Below are positions 52,610 to 62,832 of a stretch of DNA of 64,000 bases, one piece after another. Each line of letters begins with the position of its first letter. The stretch's first letter is position 1. A model generated the notes under the pieces. The model was not told the origin of the DNA and did no database searches. It saw only the letters and a program-made list of their open reading frames with translations. Origin of the DNA: Rhodothermales bacterium (lineage in GTDB: Bacteria > Bacteroidota > Rhodothermia > Rhodothermales > Bin80); contig OZ244794.1 of NCBI GenBank assembly GCA_965219915.1, forward strand, positions 1,052,790-1,116,789, read 5' to 3'. A program made the translations under genes and the position numbers.

Positions 52610-53420
52610 GGGAATTATTGCATTGGAACTGGCTGCATAGCATCCCACAAAAACCCAGTCAGTTCTCGTTTGATCGCAACGATTGCGACCTTCGGAGCTC
52701 GCGTTGGATGAGCGCTTGGTATCGTTTATACAGACGTTTCTGTGCCCGTTGACTGATCTCCACCGTTCTGGCGCTGCAATGCTTTTGCCGTTCTCGAAGT
52801 GCTACGCTGACGCGGGGACAGTGCGCGGGATCACAATCCCCATGGTTTTTAGCTTGTCTTCCAGGGCTCGCGTGGATTTTGCGAAGCCCCTATCAAGGCG
52901 TTCGCCGGCTTTCGTAATGTTCTTATGTTGCCGATCAATCTTGCCCATCGTTTACTTCCGACTGGTTGACTTGTCTGAATGGCCCATCTCCTCTCTATTC
53001 CAGTATCCCACCGCCTGCATGGAGGCCTCCTCCATCACGCGGATCTTCTTGCGGGCCATGTTAAGGACCCGCGCCATCCCCTGCCCATTCGGGCAGACCA
53101 CCTGAAGTACCTCTGCGGGGTCTGTCCCCGTGTCCGTGAGCACATACCGGGGGACGGAGGCTTCTTTGAACCATTAATATACTCCGTATTTACGTAAGTT
53201 CCTTTTTCGACACTTCCCCCAGACCAATGAGGTCAACAGCATGCACTAACCAGGGAGAGGTGACGGTAAGGTGGCGGTTAGGTGAATCCGCCGGGGCTGT
53301 CGGTTTATCTTTATAGTCAAACTTGGCTGATCTGCGAGATTCCGCTGCAAATTGACGTAGGTTGCAATACGGGGCGATCCTGACTGTTTGGTGACCATTG
53401 CGCCCTCTGATCACATTTAT

Positions 53421-55523
53421 TCACCTCCGCACGACCGTCTGTGCATCGACCTGGCGGCCGTCTACCTCCATCCGCACGAGGTACACTCCGCGCGACAGGG
53501 ATTCGCCGCGCCAGCGCACCTGATACCTCCCCCCGCTATAGTGCCGGTCGACAACGGTTTCGATACGACGGCCCAACACATCAAATACATCCAGGCGCAC
53601 CTGTGCCGGCTCCAGAACCGAAAACTCCAGTGTCGTCTCGCTGGCGAACGGGTTCGGATAGTTTTGCTGCAAGATTGTCCCGCGGACATGCACGTCCATC
53701 GCTCTGGTGGTGACAATGTCCGCATACAGAGAAGCCTCCACCAGGGAATCACCCGGACGGCCATACTCCCACCGTTTTGCTTGTCGGAGTTGCTCAATAA
53801 CAATCGGCGTTCTCGACGGAAAGAATTGCTCACGAACATAGTCGACGGCGCGCTGCCAATCCTGCTGGCTCTTTGCGGGATCGCTCTTGGCATCCCCCCA
53901 TCGCGCAGATTCGGCTACAATCATCGGGCTGACCTCGTTTACTCTGGCATCCCAACGGGCAAGTACGGATGAGTCGCTGAGTGCTCCATCCCCAAAGAAA
54001 TGTTGATGGGCAAGTTCGGAAAACCGAAGTCGGTATTTACTAGAACCCGTAAGCTGTTGGTGAATCCATTGCGGATTGCTGTGCTGGAATTCGTGTCCCG
54101 CACTAAAGGGACCTGTTCGGTCATATCCGGGGAAAAGCGTGATTTCTGCGTCTTGTATAAAGAAAGCAAACCCTTGGTCACCCTCGCGATCCCGCAGGCC
54201 GATCCAATTATTTGAGGCTGACCCATCACCTAGGACTGGGCCGTCTACACTCGCAGCCCAGAAGATGATCAACATGTATTGAATCAAGTTGTCTGCGTCT
54301 AGGAGTACAGGAAACTCAGAGTTGGGTGTCCCGTCCGGATTCATTCCCTGCAACTTCATATACAATGAATCTCGCTCATTGTCGTTGACCAACCGCGCAA
54401 GCCGATTCGCTTCAGCGTGGAGGAGGCGCCAGGCTTTATTGTTCCCCTCGGAGAACTCAATGCGTCCACCATCGTCCTTCACTACATCATAGTCGTCTTT
54501 GTCTCCGCGGATATAGAATTCGCCATGCCACTGATCCGCTCTCTCTTGGGTCTGATACACTCCCCAGTAATGGCCATTCAGGTATAAATGATAGTAGCGG
54601 CTTCGGGTATACGGGAGTCCCATATCTCGCTGCGTGTCCCGGGAAAACACATCCCGCACGAGGGTGTGATGATGTGATCCATGAAACGACCAGGAATAAT
54701 TTGTTTCAGCCCGCAAGTCAATCTTATCGAACTCATGGACTCCTTCATCTCCAAACAGGGCGTACTTAAGATTTTTCGGCCCATAGGATCCGCGAAAATA
54801 AAGACGCAATGAGCGTTTCGGGTTGAGTGGGTCTCGACCATTCTCGCCCCCACGGATCCGTACGCCGGCGTTAACTGCAAATCCATCCTGGTGTCCATGG
54901 CGGGAATTGTGGCCGATTTCATCAGCGAAATCAGGAGGATAGATCAGCTCTACGGAGACTGGGCGTTCCCATCCTCTCCCTTTTTTCTCCGGATTGGCGA
55001 AAATCCCCCGCTCCCCGTCAAACAGCGAGTCCAGAGGCAAAACCAGGGAAATAGAAGGGGCGGAGGCCAAGGCCTCCATGAGTTGAGTCTCCTGCCCCTT
55101 AACGATATTTGAATCCAGGCCCAGATCCACATGCTCCCCGCCCGCATAGGAAGGCCATCCCTGAGCAATCATACTCTCCCGGGATTGCCGGATGACGTCT
55201 GCGGGGAAAATGAAAGACCGCGTTCTGACGGGGGACGGCGGGGCACCGTCCATAAAAGCAGCTGCACGTACTATGGTCGATCCATCTATTGTGATGGGCC
55301 ACACGAACAGGGTCCCATTTTCCGGCGTGGGGTCGGAAAGGTCAAGGGTGTAGTAAATATAGCTCCTGGGGTTGTCAAAGCCTCGGTCGTGGGTGATATT
55401 TAGCTTGAAGGCTTCTGACGAGATAGCGCCGGGAATGCTAAATTCGGGAGGGTTGAGCTCGATTTGTGCCACACAAGGCAATACGAATATCTGGATTGAT
55501 ACAAAGATTATGGCGTGTCTCAT
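53421..55523 (-). CDS. CotH-family kinase with N-terminal Fn3-associated domain and T9SS CTD
   Basis: YYTLDLSDP, WERPVSVE, VRIRGG, KRSLRLYFR, LYLNGHYWGVY...ER and NYPNPF CTD. Confidence 0.9.
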   Translation of the reverse strand: MRHAIIFVSIQIFVLPCVAQIELNPPEFSIPGAISSEAFKLNITHDRGFDNPRSYIYYTLDLSDPTPENGTLFVWPITIDGSTIVRAAAFMDGAPPSPVRTRSFIFPADVIRQSRESMIAQGWPSYAGGEHVDLGLDSNIVKGQETQLMEALASAPSISLVLPLDSLFDGERGIFANPEKKGRGWERPVSVELIYPPDFADEIGHNSRHGHQDGFAVNAGVRIRGGENGRDPLNPKRSLRLYFRGSYGPKNLKYALFGDEGVHEFDKIDLRAETNYSWSFHGSHHHTLVRDVFSRDTQRDMGLPYTRSRYYHLYLNGHYWGVYQTQERADQWHGEFYIRGDKDDYDVVKDDGGRIEFSEGNNKAWRLLHAEANRLARLVNDNERDSLYMKLQGMNPDGTPNSEFPVLLDADNLIQYMLIIFWAASVDGPVLGDGSASNNWIGLRDREGDQGFAFFIQDAEITLFPGYDRTGPFSAGHEFQHSNPQWIHQQLTGSSKYRLRFSELAHQHFFGDGALSDSSVLARWDARVNEVSPMIVAESARWGDAKSDPAKSQQDWQRAVDYVREQFFPSRTPIVIEQLRQAKRWEYGRPGDSLVEASLYADIVTTRAMDVHVRGTILQQNYPNPFASETTLEFSVLEPAQVRLDVFDVLGRRIETVVDRHYSGGRYQVRWRGESLSRGVYLVRMEVDGRQVDAQTVVRR

Positions 55524-55574
55524 CTAAATTCTCTGGGATAAAGTGTGCATGACTATACTCCGCTTTCTACCCCG

Positions 55575-58190
55575 TTACCTACGCACTATCTTCTGCACCC
55601 GCATCGGCTGCCCTCTCATTGCCATTCGTACGAGGTATACCCCGCGCGACAGGGATTCGCCGTTCCAGCGCACGTGGTACGTCCCCCTGCTGTAGCGCTG
55701 GTCGGCCACGGTTTCGACGCGGCGCCCCAGCACATCAAACACATCCAGGCGCACGTGGGCGGGTTCCAGGACCGAAAACTCTAGTGTCGTCTCGTCGGCG
55801 AACGGGTTCGGGTAGTTGGTCAGTAGTGCTGACCTCTCATGGAGCTCTGCACCAGGGGTGGTAGATACCAGCATGACATCCACGGCCGTTGCAGGAACCG
55901 TAAACAGGCCACGCCCGAAGGTGGCTACCAGGAGCTCCTCCCAATCATGGGAGAGATTGATGCGGGTGATCGGCACGTTGGGCAGCCCCCGGTTATCGCG
56001 TCTCCACGTCTCACCGGCATCTAGGGTTTCCCAGAGACCGGTGTCGGTGCCCATCCACATCCGGTCTGGGTTATTCGGAAACACGAACAGGTCCCTGCAG
56101 GGACCATACGCACTCGCACTGGCCAGCTCGGATAGCGTCTGGAGATAATCCCCCCACTTACGGACGCCACTTACGCCGCAGGAGTAGACGGTCGCGGTAT
56201 CTGAGGGATGCGAAACCACCCGGTCCCAGATCCCAATCCGGAGAGAGTCTGCAATATCGCGCTCCGCCCAGGTGCGGCCTCCATCTTTCGAGACGGCCCA
56301 GTCAGTGTACACCGCGTCCGCGGACGCAGCGTGTGCGTGGACTGTTTTGAACCCCGGGGTGGGGGTGGAGAAATGATCGGCGCTGGGAAGCTCCGTGAAG
56401 GTATCTGTGTAGTCATTGCTCCGGAAAAGCTCTCCCTTGGAGACCACCCAGACCCGCTCGGGGAGGTGCCGAGAGTAGGAGGCGTGCGTGAGCGGACGAC
56501 CAGCCACTTGCCCGACGCGTGCAAACGGGGCACCGAATGGGCGCCATCTGGAATCGGGATGCATCGGCAGTCTGCCGTGCCCCGATCGGCCATCCCGGGT
56601 CCCGCCCCAGGAGGTCTGCCCGGCTGACAAAATGTCATACCGGTGGGGATGACAATGTCTCCTGCGGTTGCGTAGGGAGTGCTCCAGCTCCGGGAACGGC
56701 AGGAGCGTCTGGCCGGGTGCCAACGCGAGATCGGAGGCGCTCCGGGTGGGCTGCTTCAAATCCGCGTGGGGGCTGCCGCCACTCTCATCTTGGGCGTGCC
56801 AGCCCTGATACACCTCAGACCTAGATGCCAGGTAGCGATGGGTTGGGTGCGAGTCCGCCGGAACGGGAGCCGTGCACACATCGCCAATATAGGGGAGAAG
56901 GGGGAGCACGCCGGTGTAGATGGCGCGGGCAGCAAGGGATTCGTCGATCGTCCAGGATATTTTCCAGGCATGAGGTGTTCCCCTACGCACACCTGGCTCA
57001 TCTGCAACCACTTGATAACCTCGGTAAGTGTCTGCGGGCACTAGGTAATGGAGCGACTTGGTCCCCTGAAGCCCTTCCGTAATGAGACGTCCATCGTGGT
57101 AGCGTCCGGGGGTGTATCCCAAAACAAGCGTGTCCCCACCCTGGGGATGCACATGAATCGATTTGGCGGCGATTGTCCCTGCCCAGTAGTCTGCCCCTTC
57201 CTTTCGAACGACAGGTGCCGCCACCCAAGTGCGGCCACCGTCACCGGACCGCAAGATCTTCCGCTCGTTTCCCCTGGCCACCTGCGTCCAGAAGACGTTC
57301 GGATCTTTTGGATCCGCAGCGAAGAGCCAGAAGACCCGTTGTTCTGGCGGGGCGGTTGCGGGATGGTCATCCACCCGCAGAAAGTCCCAGCTCTCCCCAC
57401 TGTCATGGCTCGTCAGAACGTAATAGTGTCCGTTGCTGCGTGGAGCATATCTCCCGACCGTCACAAACAGGTTGCGCAGCGAACGGGGGTGATAATAAAG
57501 GCGGGCATGACTGATAAGGTGGTCTTCCTGGAGGTCCGGATCCAGCATCAGGCGGGGCAGCTCATGGGCTACCGACCAGGTTAGGCCCGCGTCCACGCTC
57601 CGCAGGATCCGATGCGTGGTCGTGACCAGCACCGTGTCCCCCGCGGCGGAGGTGGCGATGTTTTTCAGGACGCGCAGGTCACGGCCGCTGGGGACACCTT
57701 CAAAGAAGGACAGACGATCCCAGGTCTCCCCCCGATCACGGCTCCGGTACACCCCGTTACCCTCAAATCGGGAGGTCTCACGCGACGGTGTCTCGCGGAA
57801 CGCGGTCTGGTATTGGTTAATTCCCGTCGCAATATACAGGATGCGGGGGGCGTCGTGGGCTACGGCGAGCGCCGAGAACATCAGATTGTCCACTCCGGCC
57901 AGAGAGACCCGACGCAGGGTGCCCCCCATGTCACCGGTATGCCACAAGTAGCCCGGCGTGAACGCGTACCAGCTCTCGCCATTCACGTCTGCCGGGTCCG
58001 GGACCACAGCCGGGCCGTAGGCCCCTGTGGGGAGTGGGCGGTTCTGGATGGTGCCATCAACGTTCACAAAGGGGCGGTAAAGGTCTCGGTCATAGACCAG
58101 CGAGCTCCACGGCAGCTCCTGCGCGAAGAGCGAATTGCCCGTCAACAAGATCAACGGGAGCAGTGGGAGAATGTAAATCGGTTGCCGCAT
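55575..58190 (-). CDS. BNR/Asp-box (VPS10-like) beta-propeller protein with T9SS CTD
   Basis: Repeated SxDxGxTW, GLPNVP, VATFGRG and NYPNPF CTD. Signal peptide from ATG 58190. Confidence 0.9.
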   Translation of the reverse strand: MRQPIYILPLLPLILLTGNSLFAQELPWSSLVYDRDLYRPFVNVDGTIQNRPLPTGAYGPAVVPDPADVNGESWYAFTPGYLWHTGDMGGTLRRVSLAGVDNLMFSALAVAHDAPRILYIATGINQYQTAFRETPSRETSRFEGNGVYRSRDRGETWDRLSFFEGVPSGRDLRVLKNIATSAAGDTVLVTTTHRILRSVDAGLTWSVAHELPRLMLDPDLQEDHLISHARLYYHPRSLRNLFVTVGRYAPRSNGHYYVLTSHDSGESWDFLRVDDHPATAPPEQRVFWLFAADPKDPNVFWTQVARGNERKILRSGDGGRTWVAAPVVRKEGADYWAGTIAAKSIHVHPQGGDTLVLGYTPGRYHDGRLITEGLQGTKSLHYLVPADTYRGYQVVADEPGVRRGTPHAWKISWTIDESLAARAIYTGVLPLLPYIGDVCTAPVPADSHPTHRYLASRSEVYQGWHAQDESGGSPHADLKQPTRSASDLALAPGQTLLPFPELEHSLRNRRRHCHPHRYDILSAGQTSWGGTRDGRSGHGRLPMHPDSRWRPFGAPFARVGQVAGRPLTHASYSRHLPERVWVVSKGELFRSNDYTDTFTELPSADHFSTPTPGFKTVHAHAASADAVYTDWAVSKDGGRTWAERDIADSLRIGIWDRVVSHPSDTATVYSCGVSGVRKWGDYLQTLSELASASAYGPCRDLFVFPNNPDRMWMGTDTGLWETLDAGETWRRDNRGLPNVPITRINLSHDWEELLVATFGRGLFTVPATAVDVMLVSTTPGAELHERSALLTNYPNPFADETTLEFSVLEPAHVRLDVFDVLGRRVETVADQRYSRGTYHVRWNGESLSRGVYLVRMAMRGQPMRVQKIVRR

Positions 58191-58306
58191 GAGACGCACG
58201 CCATCTACGTGGTTTCCTGATCTGTCATCATGAGATGACGCAGACGGGGGCGGTGATGGTAACATTTATGACAGATAGGGCTTCCTTTTGTTCCTCAATA
58301 AGGCGG

Positions 58307-59500
58307 TTAACACCCGCAGCAGAAAGTGACCGTCGCGGTCTCGGTGCGGGAGACGGCGGCCCAGTCATCAAGGATCTCTATATATCCCCCCAAAAAGAGA
58401 TGGGCTTGTCTATTAGAGTCAAACCAGGGGTCCGCGGTCTCGCTGAAGGAGGGGGATTCAGCGGTTTCAATTATAAAACCCCTCCCCCCGGAGCCATAAT
58501 AGCCCACATGCCAGGTCCAGTCTGATTCGGTGTTCCCGCCCCCGTCAAACGAGACTGACGAGATGGAGAACGTCCAGGTCATGTCCTCAGGCGCCTCGAA
58601 CCGGAACCAGCCGGTATAGGCGCTGATGCCGGAGCAGTCGTTGTCATCGCAATAATCGGCGATGTCACCTGACAGGGTCAGATTGTCCCTGGAGGTGGTG
58701 GATGCCGTGACGTCCACCGTTCCTCCCCGCAGCTCGGCGTCTTCCATGTGATGGGGGATCCCCGTGATCCCGATGTTCGCACCGACCCCCACCACTCCAC
58801 AGGAGGCCACGGGCTGAAAGAGTTCGTAAGTCACGGGGACATCCACGATCCAGTGCTGGGATCCCATGGTAATCGTGACGGGAATCCACCCCTCGTAGAC
58901 CCCGTGATTTTCGGAGTCCAATCCCTCAACGAGTCCCCCGATCAGCCACTCCATCTGCTGCGTATCTGCGTCCACGATATTCATGCAGCTCTGGCCGGAA
59001 GAGACTTTGTTGCGAGCCAGCCGCCGCGGTTCGTAGGTTACACAATGCACCACCGGTGTCCACCAGACGTCCGATCCAGGTCCATGTAGCTGGACCCGGG
59101 ATGGAACCAGCGCTTGGTATGTGGCGCCAGAGACGGGTGGAAAGCGCAGTACCCACAAAATGCGTGCGCAGGGCAGATAGGTGTCAAGATCACAGAGCGC
59201 CGCAAGCTCAGGTGCTTGGGCAGCGTGACGACCAATCCCGTCCGGATGATCTTCCACGCGGATACCGCGGTCCAGAATAAATCGGAATGGGTCGTCCGGG
59301 GATATAGGGGGGGTCCGCTCCTCCGGGGATACCGCCCTAGAAAATCCAGATCCCTCGTCCAGGCGGGGGCGCTCGGGTGGCTCTTCGCGTTTTGCTGTCT
59401 GTTGAGCAAATGCCGGGAGCGTCAGCATGAAGGCGGACAGGTAGATGCTGAAAAAACTACTCTTGTACATGGTTGGGGAGGGTTTCGTGAAAGTAGACAT
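58307..59500 (-). CDS. Putative two-domain fimbrial tip adhesin
   Basis: Signal peptide and a C-terminal pilin-like beta domain starting at ASCGV. It is the last gene of the usher operon. Confidence 0.55.
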   Translation of the reverse strand: MSTFTKPSPTMYKSSFFSIYLSAFMLTLPAFAQQTAKREEPPERPRLDEGSGFSRAVSPEERTPPISPDDPFRFILDRGIRVEDHPDGIGRHAAQAPELAALCDLDTYLPCARILWVLRFPPVSGATYQALVPSRVQLHGPGSDVWWTPVVHCVTYEPRRLARNKVSSGQSCMNIVDADTQQMEWLIGGLVEGLDSENHGVYEGWIPVTITMGSQHWIVDVPVTYELFQPVASCGVVGVGANIGITGIPHHMEDAELRGGTVDVTASTTSRDNLTLSGDIADYCDDNDCSGISAYTGWFRFEAPEDMTWTFSISSVSFDGGGNTESDWTWHVGYYGSGGRGFIIETAESPSFSETADPWFDSNRQAHLFLGGYIEILDDWAAVSRTETATVTFCCGC

Positions 59501-59503
59501 CTC

Positions 59504-59992
59504 CTACTGGGAGCAGGTAGCCGAGAGCGTCGAGGTTCCTGAATAACTACCTGCCAGCGCCTGGGCAGGAATAGTGGCGGTTCCCGAAACATCGCATGTG
59601 CAAGTTATCTCCCGAAGATCACCACCAACGTTGGCACATCCGCAGTTGGCTTGGGAGAGATCCGTCGTATAGGCGATCCGGGTGGCACCACTGTTTTCCA
59701 TATAGCCGAATACATTGTCGTGCTCAATATCTACGGTGACGTTCTTTACGCCAGTGCCCGTGACCGTTACACTCGTTCCAGAGGAGGTCACCCGGAGCTG
59801 GCTGCTCCGTGGGCTAGTGACTGTGCCGAAGTTTACAGTGGTGCCACCCGAGATTGTACAGGTCGGGTTGTCATAGACGGGGTCCAGGCTGATTGTGACG
59901 TCCACGTCCTCGGTTTCCGTTTCCGTCTGTCCTAAAGCCAGGCCTTGTCCCCCGAATGCGCCCAGAGCGCACAGCATGAGTATGCGAATCAT
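59504..59992 (-). CDS. Pilin subunit (spore coat U/Csu-like)
   Basis: Signal peptide, alternating donor-strand pattern VDVTISL, CTISGGTTVNFG, and C-terminal AGSYSGT. Confidence 0.7.
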   Translation of the reverse strand: MIRILMLCALGAFGGQGLALGQTETETEDVDVTISLDPVYDNPTCTISGGTTVNFGTVTSPRSSQLRVTSSGTSVTVTGTGVKNVTVDIEHDNVFGYMENSGATRIAYTTDLSQANCGCANVGGDLREITCTCDVSGTATIPAQALAGSYSGTSTLSATCSQ

Positions 59993-59995
59993 GGG

Positions 59996-60514
59996 TTAAT
60001 TGGTTCGTGTGCAGGATGCGCTGATGTCAATGGATGTCCGGTCACTGCCGGACGCTGTAATGTCGGACCAGTCCCATGATGCTGTGCCGCTGACCTGGAA
60101 GTAGTGGGTCAGTGTGGTCCAGATCCCTCCGGCCGTTCCATTGTAGGTGCTACCGGAGACGGTGGTATAATTGCTGCCGTCAGAAGACTCGCTCCAGCTC
60201 AGGCTCAGATCAACGTCGACGGACGGGAAGCTGGTAGGAAGTGATCCCAGGGTCACTTCGTACTCGGACACATCGCTCCCCGTCAGTGTGGCACCCCCAC
60301 TTCCGCTCGCGCTGCCACTGCCAAAGGACTGTCGCGTGTGGGTTCCGAATGACAAGCTGGTGTCCCCGGTGAGTGTGCAGGAGGGCTCCGGGTAGGCAAT
60401 CGTGATATTGAACGTCAGGTCTTGCTCATCCGTCGCCTGGGCAATAGCAGTCCCCGTGCACAGAAGCAGGCAAGGAAGAAGTGTCAGCCCTAATGTGATT
60501 TGTCGTAGTGTCAT
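59996..60514 (-). CDS. Pilin subunit (spore coat U/Csu-like)
   Basis: Signal peptide, LTFNITI donor-strand pattern and CTLTGDTSLSFG. Ser/Thr-rich beta protein. Confidence 0.7.
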   Translation of the reverse strand: MTLRQITLGLTLLPCLLLCTGTAIAQATDEQDLTFNITIAYPEPSCTLTGDTSLSFGTHTRQSFGSGSASGSGGATLTGSDVSEYEVTLGSLPTSFPSVDVDLSLSWSESSDGSNYTTVSGSTYNGTAGGIWTTLTHYFQVSGTASWDWSDITASGSDRTSIDISASCTRTN

Positions 60515-60517
60515 GGG

Positions 60518-62827
60518 TTACGGTTGTAAGGCTATGACGGGCGAGTTCTCGCCAAGCACCACCGTCAGACCCGTTTCACCGACGGATGCCCCGGTGAGTA
60601 GATTGATGACCGCCACCTGGTAGTTGCCAGGGAGAACCTGAGCGATAAACACACCATCCTGATACACCTCCGAGTACTCCACAAACTCCCCTCTTCGCAG
60701 CTGCACCTGCAGCACGGTATAGCTTCCTGGCCAGTTCGTCAACCTGCCGGACACGGTTGGAAGTGGCTGCAGCGGGACATCAATGTATCGGGTGCGGCCC
60801 GGGGTTGCCTCAAACGCGAAGCGGTACCCGGTGGCGGGGTGAAGGAGCGGGTTGATGATGCTCTCGGGGAGGATCGAAACCGAATAGACGAAATAGGGAT
60901 CCAGGTTCCGGGCCACCACCTCTCCGTTTGCCCGATGGGACAGCGCGGCGGTGGGTATATTCACTCGGTGGCGGAGAGATAGCGATTCCCCCGCATCCAG
61001 TTCACCGTTCAGGTTGCTGTCCACGTAAAGCCGAATCACCGCCTCTGTCCGTTCCTCATACAGGGCGGACAACCGAATATCTTCGCCGATCATGATGGTC
61101 CCGCGGAGCGACTGGGAATGGAAGAGGTTGCCCCCTGCCCAGCCCCCGCGAGCATCGAACCATGCCCAGTCCGTGCTGACCTGGAAGGTCCCATGGACCT
61201 CAAAGGCGTCCGTTTGTACAGATCGACGGAGTAGGAGGCGTGCCGACCAGGTCCGCCCATTCGCCAGCGCCCCACCCTGCCAGTGATCGACGTGACGGGC
61301 CGTGGTTTTCGTGGCGGCCTGGAGGTGTATGCGAGGGTTATCTAGAGGTAGCGTGTACGTGAGACGCGGGGTGAACGAGAGGGCCTCCGTAGATCCCGAT
61401 TGGGCCTGCACCCCGGTGTGTACTCTGAGGGATTTGGCAATTTGCCACCCGAGCACGGAGCGGATGGATGTTTCGCGTGCATGTTCGCCATCCTGTTGAT
61501 GGGTGAGACGGACCTGTAGATTTCCTCCGCCCCCGGCCAGCGTAAAATTGGCGGAGAATAACTGGCTCTGACTCGGCTTCTGCTGCACGTGAACCACTCC
61601 GTCCAGCCCACCCCACGGGCGCCACCACTGGAAATTACCGCGCACATTGTGATCAATCAGATCCACTTCAGCATCCATGTTCATGGTCGGCAGTGGCAGC
61701 GCATGGATTCGGACCGCAGCACTCCTCGGGGAGTGCAGTACGGAGGCCTGGAGCGTAAGCCACGACGACATCCCCCAGGCAATCTCTCCGGAGGGCGTGG
61801 CGCTGAGATGTGCCTTGTACTCAAGATGGCCTTGCGGGAGCATGGCGTAAGGCGTGAGCCAATGGGACTCGATGGCCTCCAGGGGCTCGCCTCCCAGCGG
61901 CTCCACCTCGATGGTGGTCTCCGTGGAGCCGTAGACGACAGGGTAGTGGAGGGTATAGCGCCCTTCACGGTCGGCCTGCACCTGCTCGCTGACCGCGCCG
62001 GACACCCTTCCCCGCACAATCGCGTGGGGGGTGGTGATCCCCCGCTTTACCGCTTCACGGTGAACCCGGCGCGGGTGGAGAGGACGGTTGCTTATTCGGA
62101 CACCCAATCCGTCTCCATACTGGCCAGCTTCAATCCTGCTGAGCCACCGAGACTCAAAGTCCATAGCGTAGCTCGCCTGGCTGGTGCTGGTGCGGGAGAC
62201 ATGCCAGCGTATCGTTCCACCGGCTACATGCGCCGCGACCCGGGCCACTGGTGTGAACGTGCGGCCCGTACGCTCATGCCATTCATGGAGCAACGAGTAG
62301 CTGACATGAACTCCACCCAGCCAAGTGCGCTGGCGCGGAAAGAGAACCTCCTGGGGCGCCTCCATCCCAGCGGGCTCCCTAAACCGGGATGGTTCAAAGA
62401 GGGAGGCGGCAGAAGACAGCCTCAGGGTGAGTCCGCTCATGTCCCATACCAGATCCGAGCCGAATGCCTCCTGGAGGGCCTCCATGGTGATCAGCATCTG
62501 TCCGTCTGAACCTACCATCGCAAAGTCCACCACATCTCGTTCTTCTCCATTCACGTGGATTCGACCCTGGGCGTAATTGAATGTGATCGCGCGCCGCTGA
62601 TCTCGCGTCGTCAGCTCAGTGGAGTCACTGAACAGGACTTCATAACCAAGCCTCTGCATAAACGGCTCCGCCGCGATCCAGAACCGATCACCATCAAACC
62701 ACGCTGGCCAGATTCCCTGGTATCTTGGAGCTTGCAGCACAAGCGCCGACTCCATCAGGATGGACTGGGCGAGTAGCGGGCTGGGAAACAGACACAGCAT
62801 GAACAGGAGGTGCCGTGGCGGCCGCAT
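60518..62827 (-). CDS. Divergent fimbrial usher-like outer-membrane protein (copy B)
   Basis: SNRPL...QVQADREGRY...VYG, YVDSNLNGELDAGE and PGRTRYIDVPL, collinear with 24347-26809. It lies between chaperone and pilins. Confidence 0.72.
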   Translation of the reverse strand: MRPPRHLLFMLCLFPSPLLAQSILMESALVLQAPRYQGIWPAWFDGDRFWIAAEPFMQRLGYEVLFSDSTELTTRDQRRAITFNYAQGRIHVNGEERDVVDFAMVGSDGQMLITMEALQEAFGSDLVWDMSGLTLRLSSAASLFEPSRFREPAGMEAPQEVLFPRQRTWLGGVHVSYSLLHEWHERTGRTFTPVARVAAHVAGGTIRWHVSRTSTSQASYAMDFESRWLSRIEAGQYGDGLGVRISNRPLHPRRVHREAVKRGITTPHAIVRGRVSGAVSEQVQADREGRYTLHYPVVYGSTETTIEVEPLGGEPLEAIESHWLTPYAMLPQGHLEYKAHLSATPSGEIAWGMSSWLTLQASVLHSPRSAAVRIHALPLPTMNMDAEVDLIDHNVRGNFQWWRPWGGLDGVVHVQQKPSQSQLFSANFTLAGGGGNLQVRLTHQQDGEHARETSIRSVLGWQIAKSLRVHTGVQAQSGSTEALSFTPRLTYTLPLDNPRIHLQAATKTTARHVDHWQGGALANGRTWSARLLLRRSVQTDAFEVHGTFQVSTDWAWFDARGGWAGGNLFHSQSLRGTIMIGEDIRLSALYEERTEAVIRLYVDSNLNGELDAGESLSLRHRVNIPTAALSHRANGEVVARNLDPYFVYSVSILPESIINPLLHPATGYRFAFEATPGRTRYIDVPLQPLPTVSGRLTNWPGSYTVLQVQLRRGEFVEYSEVYQDGVFIAQVLPGNYQVAVINLLTGASVGETGLTVVLGENSPVIALQP

Positions 62828-62832
62828 GGGGG

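Noticed and set aside
52640-53190. Possible decayed minus-strand gene
   Set aside because: It is interrupted by stops and no family could be recognised.
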